DNA of 64,000 nt from Azolla caroliniana. Taxonomy: Eukaryota > Plantae > Polypodiophyta. This document shows, one piece after another, positions 1 to 12,073 of the stretch. The stretch's first letter is position 1, and each line of letters begins with the position of its first letter. The stretch lies in NCBI GenBank assembly GCA_043228905.1, contig JBHGNT010000027.1, forward strand, positions 124,001 through 188,000. Direction: 5' to 3'. A program made the translations under genes and the position numbers. The notes under the pieces were generated by a model. It had not been told where the DNA came from and did not search any database. It worked only from the letters and a program-made list of their open reading frames with translations.

Positions 1-6
1 AATTTC

Positions 7-79
7 AGGAGAATAGTTCCAATGGTAGAACAATGGTCTCCAAAACCAAAGGTTAAGGGTTCGAATCCCTTTTCTCCTG
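7..79 (+). tRNA. trnW: tRNA-Trp(CCA)
   Basis: Cloverleaf AGGAGAA...TTCTCCT; anticodon loop CT-CCA-AA; T-loop GTTCGAATC. Confidence 0.95.
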
Positions 80-833
80 ATTACCTGGCTTGGTACGAAG
101 AGGTTGCGGGTCTCTTTACCTTGTTTTATCACCGGAATAGTCGAGACGACCTAGAATAGGCCTCTCTCCAAGTCCATACATGTCTATTGCCAGGGTTCTT
201 CCTCATCCATAATACTCTGCTTTCCAGATCTCGAGGATGTTGGAGTAGAACAGGCGGCATATAATTCAAAAGAACCATCGGTATCAGTACCGATGCCGTA
301 CATGGTACTATTATGTATGTATGTATGTTAGGATACGCATCAGAGTAAAATGACGTAGCTTCGCCACTATCTAGTTGGATTTCCATTGAAACATTACCAA
401 ATTAGATTTTCCGCACCTATTTCTTTCAGAACAGCTAGCCAAGTCAGACCTTGGGCCTATCTCTATAGGTTGGTTTTTCAGATCCCATCACTCCAGGCTC
501 AGTCGATCTTGGATCTTGCTCAATAGATCATATCTTTGGTATCTCACTGCCTGCGGTTCATCGCTGAAGGCGTTTGTTTAACTGTCTGTGCGGGGTCCAT
601 CGCTTCGCCTAGTCCTTGCACATGGTAGCACTTGGTTGCACTCATTCCTTCTTCGCATGGCTTAATGCATGCAAGAAGTATCCGTTCCGTAAAGGCAACG
701 TTTCTCCAAGAAAGAAGAGCGAGGCATGCGGCGTTGCCGATGAAAGGCGGCGATGCCTTCCAAGCCGAGTGAGAAGAATGACTCAGACAAGAAGGCTATG
801 AATGAGCAATGCTTTGAATGCCGCCTTAGGATC

Positions 834-905
834 CTGGAGTAAAAGGATTCGAACCTTTGCGTGTCGGTATCAAAAACCGATGCCTTACCGCTTGGCTATA
901 CTCCA
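834..905 (-). tRNA. trnQ: tRNA-Gln(UUG)
   Basis: Reverse complement TGGAGTATAGCCAAGCGGTAAGGCATCGGTTTTTGATACCGA...GGTTCGAATCC. Confidence 0.95.
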
Positions 906-1008
906 TACAGTGGTAACCAAGGAAGAGAAGCAAAGCTCAGAGAACGGAATTTGCTTGCTGGGCGCAGCAAAGTAGTGAAAGACTGGCGAGTTAGGTATGG
1001 CAAGTAAA

Positions 1009-1082
1009 TAGGCTTAGTAGGGCTCGAACCTACAATATTACCGTTATGAGCGGTACGTTTCAACCAATTAAACTATAAGCCC
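1009..1082 (-). tRNA. trnI: tRNA-Ile(CAU), lysidine type
   Basis: Reverse complement GGGCTTATAGTTTAATTGGTTGAAACGTACCGCTCATAACGGTA, typical native plant mitochondrial trnI(CAU). Confidence 0.88.
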
Positions 1083-2814
1083 ACTGCTGGCTGGCTGGCT
1101 GGCTGTTAGCCCTCTCAAGTAATGGAGTCGATGGATCTGTTGAGGGCAAAGCAGCCATATTTTTCTCCTTGAAAGATTAAGGACATAAACTTTTCAAATA
1201 GCTACACCTGGTTCTGGACCGATTGATGTGGATACAGAAGAGCAGGATGTGCTACCCATCATGGATAGCATAGTTCGAGCAACACTGAACTGAAAGGTAT
1301 GACTGAAGTGTAATCGTTTTGTTGGCAGGCAAATAGACGACATATTCCTAGGGGGTTTTTTACCGATGCAGCACGCACGAAAAAATCGACTCGACTTTTC
1401 TTCGATGATTTAGACAGAGATTTCACCACCTACCACGAGTGGAATGGCAAGGTTCTGCCAGGACACCCAGCGGCAAGACAACCGTGAAAGGAAAGGCAGG
1501 GCCAAAGGATTATCATCCATCTCAGCCAGCGCGGAAAGAAAAGAAAAGAAGAGCTCTGCTTGCTCTTTTTGACAATAATTTCGCTACTCCAGTCATGGGC
1601 AGCATTATTACATGCATAGGGCGGACCCGAGCTCTTTTCGCTGCAGTTTTCCCTACGGCTTTCCTCCCCTCCTTTGGAAGTGTCAGCTAACTCCTGGAAT
1701 CCCCCTTTCCCTCCTTCTAAGAAAACCATGCTCGGTTAGATCAGTGTGGACTGATGTTTCGTTCCACTGCTGCTGGAAAAGCCGCCAAATTCGTCACTGA
1801 CTGGAGAGCGGGAACGACTCACTATCTCGTCTTATTCTCAGAGGCGAGAATGCTCTCAAATGGCTAACGGTGCTTTCAACTAAAGTTCCATTTCTTAACA
1901 CAGCGAGGCTTATACTGTTTATTCGTACGACAATGCGCGACGCTCCACTATCCCATTGAAAAAGGATTCCGCAATCATTTACGTACTTAAACGCAGACTG
2001 AGTAATAGTAATTCATGCCATTCCTCGGGCTCAGACCACAGAGCTTCCTAGGAACTGGGAAAATGCTATAAATCTGTTTAAATAGCTTCGCTTTTTGCCC
2101 TAAAAGTCGCTCTGAAAATGTCACTTAGAGTGTTTTGACTAAGGGAAACAAAACCCACTAGACGAACAGCTACTAATATTTCCTCATTATATATTATTAT
2201 TCATTCCAAACTCAAAACGCTAGAAATTGAAATAGCAAATAAAATCAATTCGCGCGTAAATCGTACTTATATTCTGTTGCTCTTCCTTGTCTGTTCTCGA
2301 TATTCATGGCAGTTTCTTGGCCTTCATGCAGGCAAGCAAAAGGGCGGGCGCCACCAGCATGCATTTCTGGACTCGTGCCCGAAGAAAAGAAGCGGGCGGT
2401 AAGAAGCGGTTTTCATCATCCGGCGGGAGTGAAAAGAAAAGTTAGGTCGGGAGGTAGTGCACGCTCGCTGGTCCTGATATCAAAATTCTCGCCTTCGTGC
2501 CGTGTGTGTCTGGTTTCAATGAATTCCGCATGAAGGGGTGCGTGCGCGCAGGCAACAAGCCTGCCCTGGCAATTCCGGCCATAATCTGCGTGCGGTTTTC
2601 ATCATCATGAAGGCCTTCATGATGAAAAAGGGGTTGGCGGGTTTGATGAACCGGTTGGTTTTCATCCGGATGAACCGGTTGGTTTTCATCCGGATGAACC
2701 GGCGGGTTAGCTTGCCCGTGAGGGCAGGCAGCTCTTTGTCCGCACGTATGTCGCCCGGGGAACCGGGCGGGGGATCTGCTGGATTTCTATCTAATGTGCC
2801 AATCTGTATACGAA

Positions 2815-2887
2815 TGGAGACGATCGGACTTGAACCGATAACTTCATACTTGCAAAACATGCGTTCTACCGATTGAACTACGCCCCC
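2815..2887 (-). tRNA. trnA: tRNA-Ala(UGC)
   Basis: Reverse complement GGGGGCGTAGTTCAATCGGTAGAACG...TTTGCAA...GTCTCCA; G3-U70 identity pair. Confidence 0.9.
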
Positions 2888-2927
2888 ATCCTCGTTCCAT
2901 ATGCAACACGTATCATATGGGCAAACA

Positions 2928-2972
<45 letters not shown>

Positions 2973-5900
2973 GCGGGAGGAGCTATTGTTTATACGTGCG
3001 TGCGTGCGTGCGTGCGTGCGTGCCCCCCTTTCTTCTTTTTACAGAGTTTAGGCTTTATCTAAGACATCCCGTCCTGTCGAAACTATGTCATACATAAAGG
3101 TGTGTCGTTGGCAGGTTCACTTTTGGTTTACCACTTCGATCGTATCGGCGCTAGAGAGAAGTCGCTTTCTCGAGAGCCGGCTACCTCATCATCTTGAAAC
3201 TTCATTCCGCTCCTCTGGCCGCCTTACCCTGTTCTCTGCAAGAACCCCAAGGAGACGGGTTGTTGATTGCGCTTGCTTGATTGGCACCTCTAGTACGACA
3301 CATCTTTCAGAATACGAGCGAATGCTCGGATCAGTAGATTCGAGCTCCTTATTCAGGAGTTGAGAAGTACGCAGGGCGGGCCTGCCGCTCGGCTATGACC
3401 TCGTTTCTTGAGCTAGAGGGGAATTTCACGAAATGGGTTGGCAAGAGCAGCAGACAGCAACTCGTATCACTCTCGTAATTCAGAGAAGAGAAAATGGGAT
3501 TCGAACCCTCAACTTTTGCTCTTAGAGATCATTATTCCGGGAACCACTCTCCCAAACTAAATAGTTATTTCCCTACGTAGGAAAGTTCCAATGCGGGGTC
3601 TGGATCCAGTCGAGGCGCCGAGAGCCGCAGGCGTACCGCGTATTCTATTTACCAGTTTCTCCGGAAGGTCATGTCTGGGAACTTTGACTTGATAGTGTAG
3701 TGTGACGAGGCGAGAATTCTCGCTTTCCAAGAGAGAGTTGGTCAAACCCAACCCTAATTGCTCGGATAGCAACCAATGCACATTGCTGAGTGATAAGGTG
3801 GTTTTCCATGCTTGCTGCGAAGAGGCTTGCTTTCCTGAAAAAGCCGCTGTATACAGTGATTCTCAGACCACGCAGTATCAAAAGCTCTATCAGATATGTA
3901 TAAGAAGACCCTGTTTGAGTCATTGGGTCATCCGCTGGTTCATCCTGAGTTCCTGTTCAAGAACCTTATAGCGGAGCTATATTCTCACTGTACGACAATA
4001 GAACCCTAGCGCTACTAAAGACCATCAAGGTGGTAGATGACATTAAGATGCAGTATAGTATTATGCGGGTACATCGAAACAGCAGCAGAGCCAAGGGAGT
4101 ATCTTGAAAAGCAGCTGGGCTTCAAGGCCCCTAAAGAAGAGATATATAACGCGTATCATTGGGTGCCGCAAGAAAAGAAAAGAAAAGAAAAGAAGGGGAT
4201 CCTATTCCTTCCTGTTGAGCACTCCTTTTTCTTGAAGAAGTGGAAAGAGAGGTTGTCCCCCCATTGTAGGAGCGAAGAAAGCTAGTAATTTTCACGCACG
4301 AAGGAAAGTCCTAGTAGATCACTACAATGTCGTAGTGACATCTTTGTGTGGGTTTGTAATCGATAAAGTGTACGGTAATTTCGATTACTTTAAACAAGCC
4401 ATAAATCTTAAGATGAAACAGTGCTGCTTTCAAATTACATGTAGCGACGACAGAGCCGCTGGAGAGGAGAGGAGAGGAGAGGAGAGGAGAGGAGAAAACT
4501 ATGCGTTGACATAAATTAGAAATCACTATTAAAATATTTTCGTGGTCTTATCTACCACTTAGGGATCCTTCAGGCCGGCCGGAGTTCACTATACTCCGGT
4601 CACCTATTATTTTCTTTCGAGAACCAGTCCAAGCAACCTAGATATGTTTGCTATTAATTGCTGTAGTTTATTTGATCTTCAATTTTGTTGGTTGTTGGGC
4701 ATAAGTACAATACCCACGCCGAAAGTTCACGCTAACTTGCGTCCTGGACATATCGTCACGTGCTGAGATATTAAAAGAAGAGTCGGATATTGAATCATTC
4801 GGCCCTTTCTTGTGCAATCTGTCGTCTTGGCAGGATGGAGGCCTTGGACCTAGTATTTGAAAGTTTAAGGCTGTTTATTCTGTCTTTTCAGACATCATTA
4901 GGGCACTGGAAAGGGTAGTACTTGATATACGCCAGATACCGATGGTTACTGGTTCCAGTCCTCGGCTGTTCCAGACTTCGGGGCCTAATGCCTAAGGAGG
5001 ACTTGGTTCACTAGCTTTTCTTCAGGAAAATCTGGTTAGCTCGTCGAAAGACGCTAGGGGGCTCATGTCGCTACTTTTTGAACCTAGAAGCTGGTGGCCA
5101 GGTAGTTGCGAGCTGTTACGGCCGTCGGAATCTTTTTCTGACTTTTTGATTCGTAACGCCTTAAATCTCTAAATTTAGTTTAAGGAAGAAGAAGAAGAAG
5201 AAGAAGAAGAGGTTGGGCAGAAAGCAGCTTGAGCCTGTTGGTTTTTAGCTATTCGGCGTACAAATAGGCAGTGCGTGGATAGAATTGTTGTCAAAGGACT
5301 TCAACAACAACAAGGTGCCTCGATCTCCGGAATGCCCTTATTTATTATAGGGCGTAAATAGAATAAATAGGTGGGAAACTCTCCCAGCAGCCCAGGCAAG
5401 GATCTCTCTCTCTTTTCCTAGTACCGTTATTTCCCTTCAGGTAAGGTATTCCAGAGGTATTCCGTTAGAAAGACAATCCATTTTTTATGTGATGTGACAC
5501 ATGATTTTTCTCATTAATTATGAAACACTCGATTCCTCTGTTATTACTTCATTTCCCACGACTATCTGTCATATTTCCCTTGATTACAAACCTATTCTTT
5601 GCTTAGCATTTAAGAGAATGTGAGATACCACCTTTCAATACAATAATTGTACAGGTTAGAGTATAAGGACAAAAATCATTTACCAATGTAGGTAAAGTGA
5701 CCGCCTCAAATCAAAAAGGTATGATGATGAAACTTACTAAAATTATTTACCAAAAAAGAAACCACCATGTAATGTAAGGTGCGATACGTAACGGCAGACG
5801 GCGTTGCAACGAACCAATAAGCTAAGCGTGGCAGATTTGTTTGCAATATAGAAAAGAACGGTTTGGTGACGAAACCAAACCGTTTCTCTTTCCATGTCAA

Positions 5901-6734
5901 TGAAGGTTTATTGCATCATTCAAATGAATACGAATCGGGATTATAGGGACATAAGCTTATAAAATAACTACACCTGATTCTAAACCAGTTGATGCAAATA
6001 CGATCGAAAGAAGAGCGAGATGTGCTAATAGCAAGATACCCCTCATGGATAGCATGGTCCGAGCAAAGCCACTCGAAATCTTGACTGAACTATAACCAGC
6101 CATCATATTAGCAAATAAACATATTCCTAAGCTTAGTGCACGAAAACGATAGAGGATTAACTCCGAAAATACTGGGAAAGGCGCTAACGGTGGAGGTACA
6201 CCCGGCAGTAATAAGAGACTGAAAGGATGAGGCCCATGTGTTTAAGACCCCACTACGATAGTTCCAAGAGAAAGAGAGAATAGAGAACCCAAAATAATAA
6301 TAGAATGACTTATTACCATAAAACTATAAAGTACCATACCTTACAAATTACGAAATAATGGAAAGGTAAAAGTAACGAGGATCGGGAGAGAAGACTATTA
6401 TTTCGAAACGCCACTAATTTATTCGTTCACTAGATTGGGCACGAAATCATAAGTCATCTCCACTAGGGATTACCAAGCATTCAGTACTAAGTGTCCTCCA
6501 TTCGAGGTCACCAAGTGAACTAGGAGCGGGATTAAACTGGTAGTGGGTGACATAGATGGAGAGGAATTGATAAATAAAAGATACGGATTTCCTATATGGA
6601 TGGAAATCGATAGAATAATGGCAGGTTATTCCGGTAGACTGTAAGCCGTGATGAATTGAAGGGTTTTGTTCCAACATGCATGAAAGAGGGTTGTTCTTAA
6701 CGTTTATCAATTTTTCGGACTAGCTCTGTTGAAG

Positions 6735-6917
6735 AGCTCGTATGAGAGTTGGCTCAACCTAGCCCCAACAATGGCAGAATATTTCCGAGATGTCAACGAG
6801 CAAGCTGTACCTTTATTCATTGACAACATCTTCCGCTTCGCCCAAAATCGCGGAATCAGAAGTCTCTGCTTTCTTTTTGGCAGGTAGAATGCCGATGAAA
6901 ACCGCTTCTTCGGCCGT

Positions 6918-6950
<33 letters not shown>

Positions 6951-7140
6951 CGTGGGTTATCAACTGGTTCTTCCCGGCCGGCCAGGTCTCTATAGGAAAG
7001 AATTCCAGATCAATAACTTCCATTCAAGCGCACCTGCGGATGATCTGACTGACCTAGCCCCCGCTACAACCATTTGCACACCTAGATGCTACTACTGCGC
7101 CGCTTTCGAGAAGATTAGCAGAAGAATATCTATGCGGCCC
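6735..7140 (+). pseudogene. atpB: Degraded plastid atpB fragment
   Basis: Remnants of [40 protein letters not shown] and PADDLTD.APATT..HLDATT; frameshifted, with a (CAAG)8 insertion. Confidence 0.88.
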
Positions 7141-7851
7141 ATTCATTCGTCTTCATGAGGCGGTGAGGGCCAAAAAAAAAGCCAAGACAGCTTCGGAGCG
7201 AACTCTGTTACCAGAGCCGAGAACAGCTTTAGACAATTCCGTCAGGCACCACGAAGGGCTGGCTTGAGAAGTATCGCAAGACTTGACTTTCTGCGCCCTA
7301 CTCTCAATGAGTCAAACTCTCCGTATCCATTACTCTTTTACAATCGATTATTTGATAGATCTGGAATGTGATGAGATACACTCTAATCATCTCATAGGAC
7401 CGCCCCGATGAAAACCAGCAGACCTAATCACCTTACGATGGTTAGCGGAATTCTCTCTCGGTAAATTGGGTCAATGAGACCATCGGCGTTCGTTTCAGAA
7501 TCGGATAGTTACACGTCCCACATCCACTAGTCGCCGGGCCACCGAACATTGCTTCAACCATAAGGCAGCCAGAAAATTGGACCTTTAGTTTAGTTAGGTT
7601 TTCATCGCTTTCCGCACGCCTGGTAGAAAGCGGGTCGACCTTCCCCCCATTTACTTTATTTCATAGAAGCAATAGCGGCATGTATAGTGCTCGGTCTATC
7701 TAATTTGTATCGGAACGAAAGCAGCAGCAATGAACCGCTTCATCCGCGAGTCTTCCATCGACAAAGGACTGGCTCTGGCTCACGACGAATGCAAGCTGGA
7801 AAACACGGAACTCGGTACTTGGTTAGTGAAACCATGCATGAAAAATCAAGT

Positions 7852-7924
7852 TACCTACTACTGGATTCGAACCAATGACTTTCGCCGTATGAAAGCGATA
7901 CTCTAACCCCTGAGTTAAGTAGGT
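7852..7924 (-). tRNA. trnM: Plastid-derived elongator tRNA-Met(CAU)
   Basis: Reverse complement ACCTACTTAACTCAG.GGTTAGAGTATCGCTTTCATACGGCG is plastid-type; convergent with the atpB remnant as in plastomes. Confidence 0.9.
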
Positions 7925-8327
7925 TGGGCAGTTTCATAGCAGCCAGCCCGTTTCATCGAGCCTCGGAAGTCAAGGCGGCCATTCTATCTACAAGATTTTC
8001 TGTCAATTCCTTTCGAAAACAACAACTTTTTTTGCTCTGCCTTTCTGACATTTTCAAACAAAAAAGAGGCAGCTCCAATCTTAGCTCTATAGGAGGGTAC
8101 TACGGGCGGAAAAGCAAGCCAGCTTTTTCCCTCGTCCTCGAGCGGTTCAGCGAGCGCGCTTTCGAATGGATGATGTCGAGGCGTAAGGTGAGTGCAAGGG
8201 GCAACTTAACTGTACAGCCTAGCCACGTTTACAGATGGCCCCTTCAACAACACAACTGGGCCGAAGCGGAGTGATCTTTGAAGTACACTTTCTTTTGTAA
8301 TCATGTAATTACTATAAGTCTCAAGTC

Positions 8328-8400
8328 TGGGTGTAGCAGGACTTGAACCTGCGACCATTAGATTAAAAGCCCAATGCTCTACCAACTGAGCTATACACCC
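8328..8400 (-). tRNA. trnK: tRNA-Lys(UUU)
   Basis: Reverse complement GGGTGTATAGCTCAGTTGGTAGAGCATTGGGCTTTTAATCTAA. Confidence 0.95.
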
Positions 8401-8844
8401 AAATGTATTGTATTACTATTACTAATTATAAGATAGATTTCTATGTGGTAATTGAACGAAAAAGAACAACTCTGACCCGGTTCGCCGGGCATATCGCGAT
8501 GGCATTATATTAGTATATATAAATGAATGTTATATAGGTAACTATCCTTTGATTCAGACGCTTCATTTGCTTCATGCCAACCATTAATACCCTTCTTCGC
8601 CTTTCCATGGGCTATTTTCAAAATATTCCTCTGTCGTCGTCTTAGGCAGGCTTTCACATTCCATTTGAGTTCTGATAATTGAAAGATTGCATTCTCAAGC
8701 AAGCAAGCAAGCAAGCAAGCAAGTTGGAAGGTTTTCTGGATTCAAACGATTGACTTGGTACATCACACTCTCCCATGGAGGCCTACCTGGTACTGCAAAG
8801 CCTTGCCCTTTCGTGGCCGAAAACCCCACCCATGATTTCCATGC

Positions 8845-8960
8845 CGAGCCTGCTTAGATAAGAGTACGTGACCTGACTTTTTGAATCAAATTGAATTGAA
8901 AGGTGGTAAAGTGGCACAAATCGATTAATTGAGGGAAGCATAAAGGCTTTAAGCAGCAGC
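8845..8960 (+). repeat. About 115-bp direct repeat; second copy inside nad7i676 at about 30220-30336
   Basis: Identical CCGAGCCTGCTTAGATAAGAG...TTTAAGCAGCAGC; shared peptide in ORFs 8783..8971 and 29994..30392. Confidence 0.9.
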
Positions 8961-9200
8961 CAAGCCAGCACGGAGGGGCAAAGAATGAGCCAACCGCCAC
9001 AGAATGGGCTCTAAATGACCTAAACTAATGTTTGAACACTACGCTAAACGAGAAAAGGCATAGCCTGTGTAAAAAGGGTAGAGACTGACAAGGTTGGTTT
9101 TTCCGCTACATGCTCTACTCGGAGGGCAGAGGTGGTCGGGCTTCTTTTCCATCAATATCATCAACTCCGACTTGAGAAAACAAACTTGGCATGATGCTAA

Positions 9201-9274
9201 CGGGGAAAACGGGGCTCGAACCCGCGACTTCTGGCGTGACAAACCAGCACTCTAACCAACTGAGCTATTTCCCC
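9201..9274 (-). tRNA. trnD: tRNA-Asp(GUC)
   Basis: Reverse complement GGGGAAATAGCTCAGTTGGTTAGAGTGCTGGTTTGTCACGCCAG. Confidence 0.95.
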
Positions 9275-9344
9275 TGGAAATGGGGGATTCATCAAGCCCC
9301 CCATCCCGTACGTAGGTACAACCTATTTGTTCTCCTTTGTTTTC

Positions 9345-9569
9345 TCGAGATACGAATGATGTTGAAAAGGCCATCGTCGAAGCAGACGGGACGATAACTT
9401 CTGTTAAGGCAAAGCCTGGAGTAACATAACCGAATGATTATTTGGCTAATAAGAGATTTCACGCCACAAAGGTTGTCGAAGGACTAGATACGTTTCCAGT
9501 ACCTGCTACTGCTCCCGCTGAGGCAATGATAGCCGCTCCTACTCCAATTAATTTCGCACCTTCTAGCGT
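9345..9569 (-). CDS. atp9: ATP synthase subunit 9, intronless, heavily edited
   Basis: 75 codons. ACG start, LEGAKLIG..., internal TGA and TAA at conserved R and Q, terminal CGA at the stop position; no indels. Confidence 0.95.
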
Positions 9570-9715
9570 AACTAACTATTGGGTGTCTGTTAGGGTCACG
9601 AGAGAGACTATAATGCGCTGCCAAGGGTCACTTACAAGGCGGTTCATCAAACCCGCCCCTTTTTCATCATGAAGGCCTTCATGATGAACCGGTTCATGAT
9701 GAACGGGGAGCCAGC

Positions 9716-9752
9716 CGGAGGTATGACTGAGCGGCTTAAGGCATTGGTTTGC
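9716..9752 (+). pseudogene. 5' half of trnS(GCU)
   Basis: CCGGAGGTATGACTGAGCGGCTTAAGGCATTGGTTTGC matches 31602-31638, then breaks off at the anticodon. Confidence 0.8.
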
Positions 9753-10293
9753 GGGTGAAATAGTTGTCCCTGGCAGAATTGGCTATCGACTCCAAATAAC
9801 AGGTGACGGGAACATCTGGAAATTTAGTAAATAGGCAGTCCGCATTGCTTCCCTTTTGCTTTACGGAGGTTCCTTGGCTCTACCTTCAGGCAGGCAGGGT
9901 TTCTCTTTCTTCTTTTTACGCAGGCTATGTATGTAGTTCGGCTGAATCTCTCTTTCTTTGCACGCACTTTCTCTAGCCTGTTCATCGTTCAACATGTCGA
10001 TTTCCATTCTAGTTCTCCACCCACTTTTGGCTTCGGTTTGCGACTGAAGGGACGAGCGCCGATCTCTTTCTGAAAGGTTAACTCGATGAAAGCGGATCTG
10101 CATTCCTTTTCGAGGGTTTATCTTGCCTTTTTTTCTCCTCAAGAGAAGAGATTGGCGGGTCGACCGGCGATGAGGATTTTGATATGCTGTGGGGAACCGA
10201 TGAAGCGGGTCTGATATAATGAACCGGCTTCTAGGCGGTAAGCCTGGGCGCTCCATGTGAAGTCTCCCCTCTCGTCCCTTACAAGTCCTAGGT

Positions 10294-10326
<33 letters not shown>

Positions 10327-10877
10327 CGTCAGAGTTTGATTCGCTCTCATCAGTCGAAGGGGGATCTCCGGCACGCACCTTCGCTACTCCTCCAGTGACT
10401 CTTCCGGCGCACTTGTCTCGTTGACATGAGCACGCTTTCGGTCACAAGAGTTAGATTGTGCACAAAATAAAAACTACGCGAATTGACCGCCCGCCGTTGA
10501 GTGACGAATTTGTTCATCCGGATGAAAAGGCTCGCGCGCGGGGAAGGGGAATGCCGCGGTGCATATGGTCTCGTTCGTTCGTTGGCCCATCGTTGGTTGG
10601 TTGTTGAGAACGTCAGTCAGCCGGCAAGCAAAATTTCAACTGAACCCCCCAATCGCTCAAGACTTCGATCAACGAACAGATTGTCTTGTCGTCGGCAATT
10701 CAGAAAGTGTTAAGACACCCACATGAGACGATGCGGTGGGTTCAGCGGGGGATGTTTACATTCTGAACCACGAGAAACCAGCCCTCACTCATCGTGGGGA
10801 CTACGGGACCTTGGGGTCCTGTGGACCTCTTGCTCAACCCTCTAACGAAGAGGCTAGGGACCTTTTGCTAGCCTCCC

Positions 10878-10913
<36 letters not shown>

Positions 10914-10918
10914 AAAGT

Positions 10919-10990
10919 TATCCCTTACGGGAATCGAACCCGTTTCTTCGACATGAAAAGACGATGTCCTAACCACTAGACGAAAGGGAC
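10919..10990 (-). tRNA. trnE: tRNA-Glu(UUC), copy 1
   Basis: Reverse complement GTCCCTTTCGTCTAGTGGTTAGGACATCGTCTTTTCATGTCGA. Confidence 0.95.
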
Positions 10991-11356
10991 TTGGCTTTGA
11001 AAACCTGATGAAGACGTGCTTGAATCAACTCTACACCCAGCCAGATGCTTATGGCAAGAGGTTAAAGCACTACGATCTGTAGTACCTCCTCTCAATCCTA
11101 GGACCTTCGGGTTAACCATTTCCTACTATCTATAGGAGGCATAGTCTTCACAACTCTATATACGAAATTTCCGGGTTTCAAAATGAATGCCTAGATGACT
11201 CAGAAGGTCATGTCTTCAGAGAAGTTTCAGGCAGGCAGGTTACAATGCTTGTTTGATCCGTGGACAGAGTTATGCCACAAGAAGCCGCAAGAAGCGCAGA
11301 GAAAGACGTGGAAAAAGGACGGAGCGAAAGGTTACCCGCCCAGTACACGGCAATAA

Positions 11357-11430
11357 TCGAGGTGACAGGATTCGAACCTATGGCCCTCTGTACCCAAAAC
11401 AGATGCGCTACCAGACTGCGCTACACCTCG
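11357..11430 (-). tRNA. trnP: tRNA-Pro(UGG), copy 1
   Basis: Reverse complement CGAGGTGTAGCGCAGTCTGGTAGCGCATCTGTTTTGGGTACAGA. Confidence 0.95.
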
Positions 11431-11466
<36 letters not shown>

Positions 11467-11685
11467 GCGTGGGCCATCCCCAGCAGTAATGGTTGAGGGC
11501 CGGCGTAAGCTATCGATTAGCGCCTAAGCCGCTTGGTTGGCACCCGATCTCTCATCACTCAATCTCGGGAAGGGAAAAGGGCCTAGAAAGAAAGTCTTAT
11601 GTCCTTGCAGCAAGCAAGTCGCAGCAATGCAATGAAGGCCTTCGCTTTGTCGTCGTCTTTCGATCTATACGTTTTTCGAACTCCA

Positions 11686-11718
<33 letters not shown>

Positions 11719-12073
11719 GCTTTAGGCTTTAGCGAGGTTCATGAAATCTCGAAGAAAGCAGCAAGCAGCTGGGGTCTTTGAATAGTTAACGTCTCACAGG
11801 TCATGAGGCGGCTCGAAAGTCAAAGAATGTATATGATACTAACCGTACATTTTCCCTTCCCGCGCTGGTAGCTCAACTGTTAACCGCTTCATCCGCGATT
11901 GGTCTACGGTTTCAATCCCTTCATGCGCTTCATGAAGAAGCGCTTCCTCCTCGCGCATAGCGCTTCATCCGGCCGGGCCGGGCCGGGCCGGGCCGGGCCG
12001 GCATTTACCCAACTTGGAATTAACTTCATCAAGTCAGTACAGTTAACGAAAGGACGCTGGCGCTTCCCTTTGA

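Noticed and set aside
2590-2710. CRISPR-like array
   Set aside because: No constant repeat with unique spacers and no cas genes; these are palindromic modules.
3487-3515. tRNA-like sequence
   Set aside because: Only a T-arm fragment; no cloverleaf.
3360-6700. Retrotransposon or Rickettsia-like DNA
   Set aside because: Plausible in a fern mitogenome, but I could not read any diagnostic protein motif; needs BLASTx.
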